A DNA stretch of 46,875 nucleotides from a virus (lineage: Duplodnaviria; Heunggongvirae; Uroviricota; Caudoviricetes): IMG/VR virus record IMGVR_UViG_3300033068_001916; one strand, written 5' to 3'. Shown in pieces: positions 16,276-25,604 of the stretch. Each line of letters opens with the position of its first letter. Position 1 is the first letter of the stretch. The translations under genes and the position numbers were made by a program. The notes under the pieces are model-generated. The model made no database searches. It was not told the DNA's origin and saw only the letters and a program-made list of their open reading frames with translations.

Positions 16276-16770
16276 ATGAAAAAATTTATTGAAAATTTGA
16301 TCTTCGGATCTAGATGGTTACTTATACCATTCTACATTGGTCTTATTGTAGTGATGTTCATTTACACCTTTGTCTATACGAAGGAGATATTTCATCTTCT
16401 AACAGAAATTGGACACCTAACAAAGGAATCAGTTATGTTGATGATTCTGGAAATAGTCGACATTGTAATGATAGCCAACCTTGTTAAGATGATTATAACA
16501 GGAAGTTATAATTCTTTTGTCGATAAGGGACACGGGGTTCAGGGAGAAAATGTTTCATCTGGAATGCTTAAGGTTAAAATGAGTACTTCATTAATTGGGG
16601 TTTCTTCTATACATCTTTTGCAAACATTTATTAATGCTTCAGCTACTAGTTGGGACGAATTGAATAAACAGATGCTTATACATGGATCATTCCTTGTCGG
16701 ATCTCTGATACTTTCAATAATTGATTATTTACACGAAAAAGCAGAGTCAAATGCAGGCGGACACCACTAA
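16276..16770 (+). CDS. yqhA: YqhA/UPF0114 family membrane protein
   Basis: SRWLLIPFYIGL, VDIVMIANLVKMIITGSYNSFV, LKVKMSTSLIGVSSIHLL. Confidence 0.75.
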   Translation: MKKFIENLIFGSRWLLIPFYIGLIVVMFIYTFVYTKEIFHLLTEIGHLTKESVMLMILEIVDIVMIANLVKMIITGSYNSFVDKGHGVQGENVSSGMLKVKMSTSLIGVSSIHLLQTFINASATSWDELNKQMLIHGSFLVGSLILSIIDYLHEKAESNAGGHH

Positions 16771-16945
16771 AAAATCGAGGGAACATCTGGTGATCATCAT
16801 AGATGATCTGGATAAAATACCACCAAAAAAATATTCTTGTCCATTTGAGAACAAGACAAAGGAGGAGGCAATAAAGGCTTCTAAGGCTCAATACGAGCTA
16901 AACAACAAGAATATCCATTACAAATCTTATTATTTTGAACATTAA
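16751..16945 (+). CDS. Small hypothetical protein
   Basis: Fills the gap between yqhA and the lipoprotein; start uncertain. Confidence 0.45.
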   Translation: MQADTTKKSREHLVIIIDDLDKIPPKKYSCPFENKTKEEAIKASKAQYELNNKNIHYKSYYFEH

Positions 16946-16957
16946 TTTATTTTAACT

Positions 16958-17413
16958 ATGAAGAATTTTTTCTATTTAATTCTGGCAATATTAATTGTCT
17001 CGTGTGTTGGTAACACCAAAAAAGGAAACGGTGAAACTTATGCAACCAAGGATAGACCTGGATATTGCTATCATGGAGATGATGGACTCTGGTATATCTA
17101 CTACTTGAACAGCACAACAGGAAGCTATACTTATGCAGGAACATCCCCAAGTTTTACGAATTATGACTCATCGGAAACTGTTGCATGGACTCCAACATCG
17201 GAAAATGTTTCCAATTTTGAATCTGTACCCGAAACTGTAGCTGATGCAATGTCGGAATCCACAGGAGAAAATGCAGGTGGAAGCGAAGCATCGGAAGCAT
17301 CTGATGGCGGAATGTCTGAATCATCAGGAAGTTCTGAAGGTGGGAGCGATTCCAGTGGAGGAGATTCAGGAGGAGGAGACGGTGGTGGAGATGGCGGCGG
17401 AGGCGGCGAATAA
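16958..17413 (+). CDS. Putative lipoprotein with Gly/Ser/Asp-rich tail
   Basis: Signal peptide with lipobox-like IVSC; C-terminal GGSDSSGGDSGGGDGGGDGGGGGE. Confidence 0.7.
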   Translation: MKNFFYLILAILIVSCVGNTKKGNGETYATKDRPGYCYHGDDGLWYIYYLNSTTGSYTYAGTSPSFTNYDSSETVAWTPTSENVSNFESVPETVADAMSESTGENAGGSEASEASDGGMSESSGSSEGGSDSSGGDSGGGDGGGDGGGGGE

Positions 17414-17429
17414 CCAAAAAATATCTATA

Positions 17430-17460
17430 AAAAAACCCAACTCTAAAGGTTGGGTTTTTT
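17430..17460. terminator. Intrinsic terminator
   Basis: aaaaaacccaac-tctaaag-gttgggtttttt. Confidence 0.85.
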
Positions 17461-17495
17461 ATTTTGATAAATTTTGATAAATTATTTTTATATTT

Positions 17496-17516
17496 CGAAA
17501 GAATTTATTACTTTTG
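17496..17516 (+). promoter_or_regulatory. Bacteroidota-type promoter (CG-N11-TAnnTTTG)
   Basis: TACTTTTG 17509-17516. Confidence 0.65.
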
Positions 17517-17534
17517 TGATATAAAAAATAAAAG

Positions 17535-18002
17535 ATGAATAAGGATCTGGCAGAAGCTGAGGAGAGAGCTCTAAATTACATAAGATCAACTAAGGAATAT
17601 TCAGAAATGAATTTCCAGGATAATAATAGTAAAATATGGGTGGCACACAATTCTTTGATTGAAGCTGCCAAAATATATGTTATTGACAATTATAAATTGA
17701 TTGACGATTATTCTGGACTCGATTTAATATTAAGAAGCGGAGCAACCGGTGATAGATTCTATTTTGGACCAAAAAGATCGAGGGAGGTTTCAAGATCTGG
17801 CATGTTGACAAACATATTAAAGGATCTAGATTCTAGAACTATAACGATAGAGACATTTGATGATGCAATCTATGATTGGTCGGACGGAGATTTTTCTGTT
17901 GTCTTTAATGGGGTTTCCTATAATTGGATAGACAGCGATTCAGTTATAAACATAGCATCATACATAGAAAAAAAATTAGAAGAAAATGAAATACAATATT
18001 GA
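17535..18002 (+). CDS. Hypothetical protein
   Basis: 155 aa ORF. Confidence 0.7.
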   Translation: MNKDLAEAEERALNYIRSTKEYSEMNFQDNNSKIWVAHNSLIEAAKIYVIDNYKLIDDYSGLDLILRSGATGDRFYFGPKRSREVSRSGMLTNILKDLDSRTITIETFDDAIYDWSDGDFSVVFNGVSYNWIDSDSVINIASYIEKKLEENEIQY

Positions 18003-19104
18003 AACAATAAATGAATATGTAGCAAAGGGATTGATCGATAAATGCGAGCATAAGGAGCTTCCAATAGCTATTTATAAATATTCACGTAATTGTCAATTCG
18101 AATGGAATTGGGACGATGTAACGAAAAATATGAGAGGAACTGTTCTTGATGATGATGGTAATCTGATTGCCCGTACATTTCCTAAGTTCTTCAATATTGA
18201 TGAATCTAATGTACCTAATCTTAATTTTGAGGTTTTTGAAAAGCTTGACGGATCTCTTGGCATATTATTTAATTATGAAGGGGAATGGCATCTGGCAACA
18301 CAGGGATCATTCTATTCAGATGTTGCTATCTACGCCAAAGAAATATTGAAAAGAAATGAAACGTATAAGGAAGTTTTTTCTGAGAAATTTACTTTTCTTT
18401 TTGAGATCATCTACCCAAAGAATAGAATAGTTTGTTCCTATGGAGATGATGAGAAATTAGTTATGCTGGCTGCTTTTAATACAAATACAGGCAGAGAAGT
18501 TCCTTATCATGAATTAATTGATGTTGCAAATAGAACTGGGTTTGAATGCGCTAAAAGATATGATGGAATAAAAGATCTCAAGAAGATAAAATCCCTAATA
18601 GGAGATAATCAGGAAGGCTTTGTTATAAGATTTTCCGACGGAACAAGGATTAAAGCCAAGGGTGAGGAGTATGTTAGACTCCATGGGGTTCTAACATCAT
18701 TCTCCAATCTTGATATCTGGAGATGTTTAAAGGAGGGAACTGATTATAGATCTCTGATGGTTGATATACCCGATGAATATGACGCCTGGGTTACCAATGT
18801 TGAGGAGGATCTTCAATCCAATTTCAATTTTATAGATGCAACAATAAATGCTGAATATAAATTGATAGCAAAGAAGATCAAGAGTCAAATTCCAACAGAG
18901 GAGGAAAGATTAGACAGAAACTCTCCTGTACTTAAGGCATACAACAAGGAATTTTTTGAACTTGTAGAAGGCCATAGATTAGCTGGATATCTATTAGATC
19001 GTCATAGAAATAAAGACTATTCAGGATCGATATGGAATCAAATAAGACCTGAATATGAAAAACCATTTTGGACAGATTACTCAATGAAAAGAAACGAATT
19101 ATGA
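17986..19104 (+). CDS. RNA ligase, T4 Rnl1-like
   Basis: MRGTVLD...ARTFPKFFN, motif I EKLDGSL, FLFEII, QEGFVI, RIKAKGEEY. Confidence 0.85.
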   Translation: MKYNIETINEYVAKGLIDKCEHKELPIAIYKYSRNCQFEWNWDDVTKNMRGTVLDDDGNLIARTFPKFFNIDESNVPNLNFEVFEKLDGSLGILFNYEGEWHLATQGSFYSDVAIYAKEILKRNETYKEVFSEKFTFLFEIIYPKNRIVCSYGDDEKLVMLAAFNTNTGREVPYHELIDVANRTGFECAKRYDGIKDLKKIKSLIGDNQEGFVIRFSDGTRIKAKGEEYVRLHGVLTSFSNLDIWRCLKEGTDYRSLMVDIPDEYDAWVTNVEEDLQSNFNFIDATINAEYKLIAKKIKSQIPTEEERLDRNSPVLKAYNKEFFELVEGHRLAGYLLDRHRNKDYSGSIWNQIRPEYEKPFWTDYSMKRNEL

Positions 19105-19409
19105 TGTTCCCAATTATAACAAACCAAAGAAGAGAAACAAAGGTTGAGAAACCAAAGATCGAAACAATAGGAAACTATACAAAATTATCAGCCGATGAAT
19201 TTTTAAAACTATTGGCTATAAGAACTAAGGATTCCAGTCTATTTGAATCCATTACTTATATAACCAATTGGTATGGATTTGATAATCTCGAACATGATGA
19301 GAAAATCGATTTCGTCAGAAGAATAGAAACACCAGAATATTACAATCTGATCCCGAGGGTTAAAAGAATGATTAAAAGACTAAGAAATGGAAGAGGAAAT
19401 AGGTCATAA
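19101..19409 (+). CDS. Hypothetical protein
   Basis: ATG overlaps the ligase stop. Confidence 0.6.
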   Translation: MMFPIITNQRRETKVEKPKIETIGNYTKLSADEFLKLLAIRTKDSSLFESITYITNWYGFDNLEHDEKIDFVRRIETPEYYNLIPRVKRMIKRLRNGRGNRS

Positions 19410-19623
19410 GGTAAGAGCTAAAGTTGGTGAATTCCTATGCAAGAATGGATTTGAAGATAATGGAAGAGGATTCTTTAATGAGTATTGCCTAGTTTTAATA
19501 GAGGATGATCATTACTGTGTGGAAATGGATCAGGGACACATGTTTAGTAACGATCTAAATATTTATTGGCTGATAGTAGTATTGACATATAATGGTTTAA
19601 TGGATAAAAATTATAAACAATGA
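19387..19623 (+). CDS. Hypothetical protein
   Basis: 78 aa ORF in the operon. Confidence 0.6.
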   Translation: MEEEIGHKVRAKVGEFLCKNGFEDNGRGFFNEYCLVLIEDDHYCVEMDQGHMFSNDLNIYWLIVVLTYNGLMDKNYKQ

Positions 19624-20018
19624 TGACACCATCACAAATAGAAAAAGAAAAATTAGAGTTTGCTATAGAGCATCTGAAACAACATATTGTACATCCAATG
19701 AAACCTGGATACAGGAGGCATGATGTGATTAATAAAATCAAAGAATTGGAAGAACAACTTGGATCGATATTGATAACGGAGGAGAAAGAAATTATTATAT
19801 TGATTAATACTGATACATCTTGCGAGATGGCGATGGTATCAATAGATGGTAAGTGTGTAATGTCAGGAAACTTTTGGGATTTCCACCCAGGGTGCCATGG
19901 AATAAATGAATATGGAGAATTTAGAGGCCATGATGATTTAGCAATAAAGATATTGTCAAAGCTAACAAAGGAAGGAAAAAAGGCTAAAATAATTAAGAAA
20001 AGTTATAAATTCAGTTAA
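19620..20018 (+). CDS. Hypothetical protein
   Basis: 132 aa ORF in the operon. Confidence 0.65.
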   Translation: MMTPSQIEKEKLEFAIEHLKQHIVHPMKPGYRRHDVINKIKELEEQLGSILITEEKEIIILINTDTSCEMAMVSIDGKCVMSGNFWDFHPGCHGINEYGEFRGHDDLAIKILSKLTKEGKKAKIIKKSYKFS

Positions 20019-20020
20019 TA

Positions 20021-20662
20021 ATGAAAATAATATTGCAAGGACACCAGAAGATATTTTTTACTAGTGATACCCACTACAATCACAGCAACATATGCAGCGC
20101 TACGTCAAATTGGCCAGAGGGTAGAGGAACTAGAAAATTCAATTCATTAAACGAAATGAATGATAGATTAGTATATGAGATTAATTCAGCTGTTGGAACT
20201 GATGATATATTGATACATTTGGGTGATTGGAGCTTTGGCGGAATAGAATCAATATCTGAATTTAGAAATCGAATTAATTGTAAAAATGTACATTTATTCC
20301 TGGGTAACCACGATCACCATATAGCTAGAAATAAAGAGGATGTAAGGGATCTTTTTGCCAGTGTCAATAAACTTGAAACTATCGAACTAAGAGTCCCACA
20401 AGGAAAGGAAACTAAGAAATATACATTTGAATGTTGTCATTTTCCAATAGCTAGCTGGGATGGATTAGGTAAGGGATATCAGCATCTTCATGGTCATGTT
20501 CATTTACCTGGGCATTTAAAAATACACAAAGGGAGGGCAATGGATGTTGGTGTAGATGGTAACAACTACAAGCCATATTCATTGAATGAAATACTTAAGG
20601 CATTAGAGGGAAGACCTAAAATGCACTTAACATTACCAAAGGATCACCATACAGAAGAGTAA
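20021..20662 (+). CDS. Calcineurin-like metallophosphoesterase
   Basis: SDTH, HLGD, GNHD and HGHVH motifs. Confidence 0.9.
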   Translation: MKIILQGHQKIFFTSDTHYNHSNICSATSNWPEGRGTRKFNSLNEMNDRLVYEINSAVGTDDILIHLGDWSFGGIESISEFRNRINCKNVHLFLGNHDHHIARNKEDVRDLFASVNKLETIELRVPQGKETKKYTFECCHFPIASWDGLGKGYQHLHGHVHLPGHLKIHKGRAMDVGVDGNNYKPYSLNEILKALEGRPKMHLTLPKDHHTEE

Positions 20663-20663
20663 A

Positions 20664-20969
20664 ATGAAGGAAATTAATATAGACGGAAGAGTACTTAAGT
20701 ACCAATTAAAAGGTGACTGTAGTGAGCATGATTGTTGGGAATGGACAGAGTTCTATGAAGGAACAGAAATCATTTATAAAACAGTAAGATCTGGATTTTT
20801 TGATTTTTTTGGAACCCGTGTTCAAGTTGAGGTACCAAAATTTATATTTAGAATTAATTGGTCATGCGACGACGATAGCATAACCAAGGGGGAGTGGAGA
20901 GAAAGAATACTTAAAGAATTAGATCTTCTTAACAGAAGAGAGGAATTAGAAAAGGGTGAATTGATATGA
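20664..20969 (+). CDS. Hypothetical protein
   Basis: 101 aa ORF. Confidence 0.65.
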   Translation: MKEINIDGRVLKYQLKGDCSEHDCWEWTEFYEGTEIIYKTVRSGFFDFFGTRVQVEVPKFIFRINWSCDDDSITKGEWRERILKELDLLNRREELEKGELI

Positions 20970-22304
20970 AAACTTTATATCTATTGAGAGGACTGCATGG
21001 ACTTCCGATATGTAATTAAAAAATAATTATGTATACTAGAAAATGTCCATCTTGTTCAGTTGATCTAATATATCACAATATTGTCTCGTACAAAAATGCA
21101 ACAAAACGAGATAGTATGTGTAGATCATGTTCATCCAAGATAAGAAGCCAAAAATATCCAAGTTTAGCTATTGAAAAAATAAACGATGAAATCAGAAACG
21201 GAGAAAGAAAAAGTGGATTTTTTGGTAGAAACCATACTGATTCAACCATTGAGAAATTGAAAAAAGCGGACAAGGTATATACAAAAAAAGAAGAATTTAG
21301 AAAAAATATCTCTAATCTATCTGCGGGCGAAAAAAATGGTATGTTTGGAAAAAGCTTCTATGATGTGTGGGTCGAAAAGTATGGAATTAGCGTAGCTGAC
21401 GAAAAGCTTTCAGTGATGAAAGAAAAAATTTCCAAAAAAACTACAGGAAGTAATAATCCGATGTATGGTACAATAACTCCAGAGGGCAGTGGCAATGGGT
21501 GGTCTGGATGGTATAATGGATGGTATTTTAGAAGTATACTCGAATTATCATATATGATTAACGTTATAGAAAGATTTGGACTTGAATGGGAAGGGGGGGA
21601 AAAGAGAGAATATAGAATAAAATATATTGATAGTAGGTCTATAGAAAGAACATACACCCCAGATTTTATCATATCCGGAAAGTATATGATTGAAATGAAA
21701 CCGAAAAAATTATGGGGACAAATCGACGTACAATTGAAGGCTGCTGCAGCTAAAGAATTTTGCGAATCCAATTCAATGATCTATAAAATGACATATTGTA
21801 CTAAAATAGACAATCAAAAAATAAAAGAATTACTAGAAGCCGGCGAATTGATATTTATAGAAAAATACAAAAACAAATATGATGAAAGATATAACAAATA
21901 AAAAAGCCCCCGATAAGATACTTTATCTATTAAGGGGGCTTCCGTAACTAGGAGCTGGTAAGAGCACATTAGCTAAAAATATTGGTGGGGTTCACTATGA
22001 GGCAGACCAGTATTTTGAGAAATATGCTGATGTTCATTTCGATGGATATCAGCTTCAGAATTCCCATGATTATTGTAGAGAGAACGTAATTGGTGCCATG
22101 GAGTTGGGAGAGCCTAGCATTATAGTCTCTAATACTCTAACTAAAAAAAATGAGGTTGATGAGTATGTGGCATTAGGTGAAAAATACGGGTACCGTGTTT
22201 TTTCACTGGTTGTTGAAAATCGCCACGGTGGGAAAAACATACATGAAGTCGGAGAGAAAACTCTTGCTAAAATGAAAAATAGATTTGATTTAAAATTGAT
22301 ATAA
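20966..22304 (+). pseudogene. P-loop (AAA_33/polynucleotide kinase-like) gene interrupted by an endonuclease element
   Basis: 5' piece MKTLYLLRGL at 20966; body GAGKSTLAK...SNT...VENRHGGKNIH...RFDLKLI at 21951-22304; second N-terminal copy with in-frame TAA at 21945. Functional status unknown. Confidence 0.75.
21029..21901 (+). CDS. Homing-endonuclease-like protein (Zn finger, NUMOD3-like repeats, TnsA-like PD-(D/E)xK domain)
   Basis: CPSC...CRSC; GFFGRNHTDST, NGMFGK, NPMYG; FRSILE...YTPDF...IEMKP. Confidence 0.8.
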   Translation: MYTRKCPSCSVDLIYHNIVSYKNATKRDSMCRSCSSKIRSQKYPSLAIEKINDEIRNGERKSGFFGRNHTDSTIEKLKKADKVYTKKEEFRKNISNLSAGEKNGMFGKSFYDVWVEKYGISVADEKLSVMKEKISKKTTGSNNPMYGTITPEGSGNGWSGWYNGWYFRSILELSYMINVIERFGLEWEGGEKREYRIKYIDSRSIERTYTPDFIISGKYMIEMKPKKLWGQIDVQLKAAAAKEFCESNSMIYKMTYCTKIDNQKIKELLEAGELIFIEKYKNKYDERYNK

Positions 22305-22810
22305 TGGGATACAGAAACTATATTAACAAACTTCCAAGGGTCATTTATGAAGAGTTCAAGGATTTAAGTGTAAGCGAGATAGAGGAAAAATATGGAGAAG
22401 ATTTCTATATTGGAAAGGAGCAGGGTCTAACTGAGCTACATTGTCTTGGTAAATATTGTGATTTTGATATAGAACCTCTAATCAGCAGATTTTTTAAAGA
22501 GGAGATGCCATGGGAATGTGATATGGAATTTTCATTGGGCTCCAAGGAATTATTGGAAAGAATAATAGAACATTACAGGGAATATGTTTATGACTTCTAT
22601 ACGGAATTAGCTGAAAAGTCACCAGAAAAACAAAAGGAGCATGCATCATATATGGCAAGGGAGTGGAGAAAAGAATATCCGCCATATTCTTTGAATGATG
22701 ATAGTGAGATGGTTACTAGTTGGAAATATGAATATGCCATCTTTGAACTTGTTAGAATATACAGGGAATTTGATTGGGAGAATGACGTATTAATCTATAG
22801 TGGATCGTAA
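22304..22810 (+). CDS. Hypothetical protein
   Basis: 168 aa ORF. Confidence 0.7.
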   Translation: MGYRNYINKLPRVIYEEFKDLSVSEIEEKYGEDFYIGKEQGLTELHCLGKYCDFDIEPLISRFFKEEMPWECDMEFSLGSKELLERIIEHYREYVYDFYTELAEKSPEKQKEHASYMAREWRKEYPPYSLNDDSEMVTSWKYEYAIFELVRIYREFDWENDVLIYSGS

Positions 22811-23550
22811 TGGAAAAATATTTAACCCTAGACGAGGCAAAGAAAAAATATGGCACCATAGAGAATGGAAGACTCTATGGGGTACATAAGGCATTTGATA
22901 TCTATATAAACGATAATCCACATACTGTTTATAGCATAAGTGGATACGAACACGAACTTGGAAAAAGCAACGGAAGTCCAGCCCAGTGGTGGCTTGATTA
23001 TTCGACCGAGGTTAACCCAGAGAGAGAATTGGTTCCATATATTGATCGAAATGTTCATAGAGTATGCTGGGAGATTCATTATAAGCAAAAAAATACTAGC
23101 CGACATAAGGGAGGTGGATGGCGTATCAGTGGTTCTGGTTATTGTAAAATTTTTGCAAACGGTAAACATGTCTATAGTATGAGTGGAAGTGATATTGGAT
23201 CTATACTTTCTAATGCCCATACTATGACAGAGAAACTCTTAAGCCATCCATATGATTTCATAAACCCAGAAAATGATAACGGGAGAAAAATTTACTATTA
23301 TGGCCTTCCTGCAACGGTGAGAGTGGGATCCAGTGTTGGTGAGATTTGGATCTATCCAGAATATACGGATATACCAGAGAAGGATTGGTGGAGATTGTAT
23401 AGTGAAAGAAAATATCCAGTTGACATTAATGCCTATTCGAAAGAGACCATGGAGATAGAGAAAAACGATGATAATTATGACAGATCAAATGCGACTATCA
23501 ACCACGGTGATGCATTTTGGGATGGCATGATAAACTGGTTTAGAAAGTAA
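22810..23550 (+). CDS. Hypothetical protein
   Basis: 246 aa ORF. Confidence 0.7.
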   Translation: MEKYLTLDEAKKKYGTIENGRLYGVHKAFDIYINDNPHTVYSISGYEHELGKSNGSPAQWWLDYSTEVNPERELVPYIDRNVHRVCWEIHYKQKNTSRHKGGGWRISGSGYCKIFANGKHVYSMSGSDIGSILSNAHTMTEKLLSHPYDFINPENDNGRKIYYYGLPATVRVGSSVGEIWIYPEYTDIPEKDWWRLYSERKYPVDINAYSKETMEIEKNDDNYDRSNATINHGDAFWDGMINWFRK

Positions 23551-23646
23551 TATTTACAAATCCGCTAATTATCGAATTTATGTGTGAAACAAGATCTTAT
23601 TTTTCTCTAAAAAATATAATGATAATTTTATAGATAATTTGATCTG

Positions 23647-23859
23647 ATGCTTAAATTTAAAAAATTTCTTATATTCACCATAACTTGGATATCAAGTAAT
23701 TTATCAATACCTTTTTGGGTTGTTGGTCACGTTCATCTAAGTGTCAACATATATGAGGATATACACGAGATATTAGCATCATTAGGAATGAATATATTGG
23801 TTGGTGTTGGATTTTTAATAGAATGGAATAAACATAAAAAAGAAGAAAATGAGCTATAA
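23647..23859 (+). CDS. Small membrane protein
   Basis: Two hydrophobic segments. Confidence 0.55.
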   Translation: MLKFKKFLIFTITWISSNLSIPFWVVGHVHLSVNIYEDIHEILASLGMNILVGVGFLIEWNKHKKEENEL

Positions 23860-24259
23860 CCTATTTTTAGACGATATAAGACATCCTTATGATTGCATAA
23901 GATATATGCCATCTCCTGGAATATATTCAAAATACGACTGGAAAACGGTCCGAAATCACGACGAATTCATTTCGTTCATCACGGAGAATGGTCTTCCTGA
24001 TCTAATCTCATTCGATCACGATCTGGCGGACGAACATTACAATCCTGACATGTATAACGGTAAGGAGATTTACAACAAGCACTATGCTGAATTCAAAGAG
24101 AAGACCGGTATGGATTGTGCAAAATGGTTAGTTGACTATTGCATAGACAACAAAAAAGAATTACCAGATTATGTGGTTCATTCGATGAACCCTGCTGGAG
24201 GCGAGAATATAAAATTACTATTAGATCAATTTAAAGAATTTCAACATAAAAATAAATAA
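23849..24259 (+). CDS. Receiver-like domain protein (cyclic-phosphate-processing REC family)
   Basis: LFLDDIR, ISFDHDL, TGMDCAKWL, HSMNPAG. Confidence 0.75.
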   Translation: MSYNLFLDDIRHPYDCIRYMPSPGIYSKYDWKTVRNHDEFISFITENGLPDLISFDHDLADEHYNPDMYNGKEIYNKHYAEFKEKTGMDCAKWLVDYCIDNKKELPDYVVHSMNPAGGENIKLLLDQFKEFQHKNK

Positions 24260-24260
24260 C

Positions 24261-24938
24261 ATGGATTACGGAGTAGAATTTAGAAAGTACGCACAGAGCG
24301 AGAAAGGTATTAGTTCATTAACAATGGACTACCATGCAAAACAGGTGGAGGCATCAATGACACCAATGATCCTCGAGGAAAGAGAGTTAAGAGCAACACA
24401 GATGACTGTTTTTGATAGACTTATGATGGACAGAATTCTTTGGGTTGCTGGACCAGTTAACGATAGAATGTCAACGATAGTACAAGCACAGCTTATGTTC
24501 TTAGATTCTGTTGAGAAGAAGGATATCATTATGCATATCGATTCACCAGGGGGATCAGTTAAAAGTGGATTGAGCATGGTTGATGTTATGGACTATATTA
24601 AATCTGACATTGCTACGATTAATACAGGTATGGCTGCTTCTATGGGATCCGTTCTTTTAGGTGCAGGAACAAAGGGAAAGAGATCATCATTGAGATTCAG
24701 TAAAGTTATGCTTCACCAATCTAGTGGAGGATTCAGAGGAAATATTCAGGACGCTGAGATTGATTGGAAAGAGTGGAAAGAGGTAAACTCAATCTTATTT
24801 GATTTGCTTGGTGATTTCTGTGATAAAGATCCAGAACAGGTTAAGAAAGATTCACAGAGAGATTTCTGGATGAGTGCTCAAGAAGCAGTTGATTATGGAA
24901 TCATCGATGAGATCGTAAAAGGTAAGAGAGTAAGATAA
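24261..24938 (+). CDS. clpP: ClpP protease proteolytic subunit
   Basis: IDSPGGSV, GMAASMG (Ser), MLHQ (His), RDFWM (Asp). Confidence 0.92.
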   Translation: MDYGVEFRKYAQSEKGISSLTMDYHAKQVEASMTPMILEERELRATQMTVFDRLMMDRILWVAGPVNDRMSTIVQAQLMFLDSVEKKDIIMHIDSPGGSVKSGLSMVDVMDYIKSDIATINTGMAASMGSVLLGAGTKGKRSSLRFSKVMLHQSSGGFRGNIQDAEIDWKEWKEVNSILFDLLGDFCDKDPEQVKKDSQRDFWMSAQEAVDYGIIDEIVKGKRVR

Positions 24939-25348
24939 TGGAAAGAAAAATACCGAGTAATCTGAGCGCTCAGATTTTACACCCACTAATTGGATGGGAT
25001 AAAGAAAATCATACAGAGGAAAGGTATATCGAGAAGATACAGGATTTTGAAAGAAAGGTTGAGAAATCACTAATCGAAACTTTTAAAAGAATTGATATAC
25101 ATGGGATCGTTAAAACCGATCCCTATTCTCTTCCCTATAAGAATGAGATTAAAGCTACATTAAGAGGTGAAAGCTACCTTAATGGACCATACGAAATCTT
25201 CAGAGTTGTTAGACCTGTAATAAAACAACTACTCAATGAGAATCAGCATAAGATTAGATTCTATGTTTATATTGATGTTGATACCGATGGAAGACATCCA
25301 CTAAGTATGGGTGAAATTAATTATTATTTTAGATATTATGAGCACTAG
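24938..25348 (+). CDS. Hypothetical protein
   Basis: 136 aa ORF. Confidence 0.65.
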   Translation: MERKIPSNLSAQILHPLIGWDKENHTEERYIEKIQDFERKVEKSLIETFKRIDIHGIVKTDPYSLPYKNEIKATLRGESYLNGPYEIFRVVRPVIKQLLNENQHKIRFYVYIDVDTDGRHPLSMGEINYYFRYYEH

Positions 25349-25601
25349 AGAAATTGAATCCGAAAAAAAGCATAAGTTTATTGTGGATTCCGTGGAAACC
25401 TTCGGTTTGTTTATTGATAACGACCAATGGAAAGATAAGGGATGGATCAGAATAGAAAGCATGAATCATAAGGATCTAAAACCATTAATAATATATGAGG
25501 ATGAAAATGAGGATGAAATATTAGATGAGCTTAGAAACTACATGTATTCAATAGGTGCTTATGTTTTTAAGCAGAGATTTAGAAGTTTATTGGATATATA
25601 A
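25338..25601 (+). CDS. Hypothetical protein
   Basis: ATG 25338 (MSTREIE). Confidence 0.6.
   Translation: MSTREIESEKKHKFIVDSVETFGLFIDNDQWKDKGWIRIESMNHKDLKPLIIYEDENEDEILDELRNYMYSIGAYVFKQRFRSLLDI
25592..25600 (+). promoter_or_regulatory. GGATATATA motif
   Basis: GGATATATAATCCATG, nearly identical to minus-strand GGATATATAATTCATG at 29618-29633. Confidence 0.55.
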
Positions 25602-25604
25602 TCC

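Noticed and set aside
17461-17483. 10-bp tandem duplication attttgataa
   Set aside because: Short and AT-rich between a terminator and a promoter; could be an operator, but there is no supporting second site.
20996-21950. Group I or group II intron
   Set aside because: Non-coding flanks are too short for a ribozyme core, there is no GUGYG start, and no frame-restoring junction has both a 5' exon U and a terminal G.
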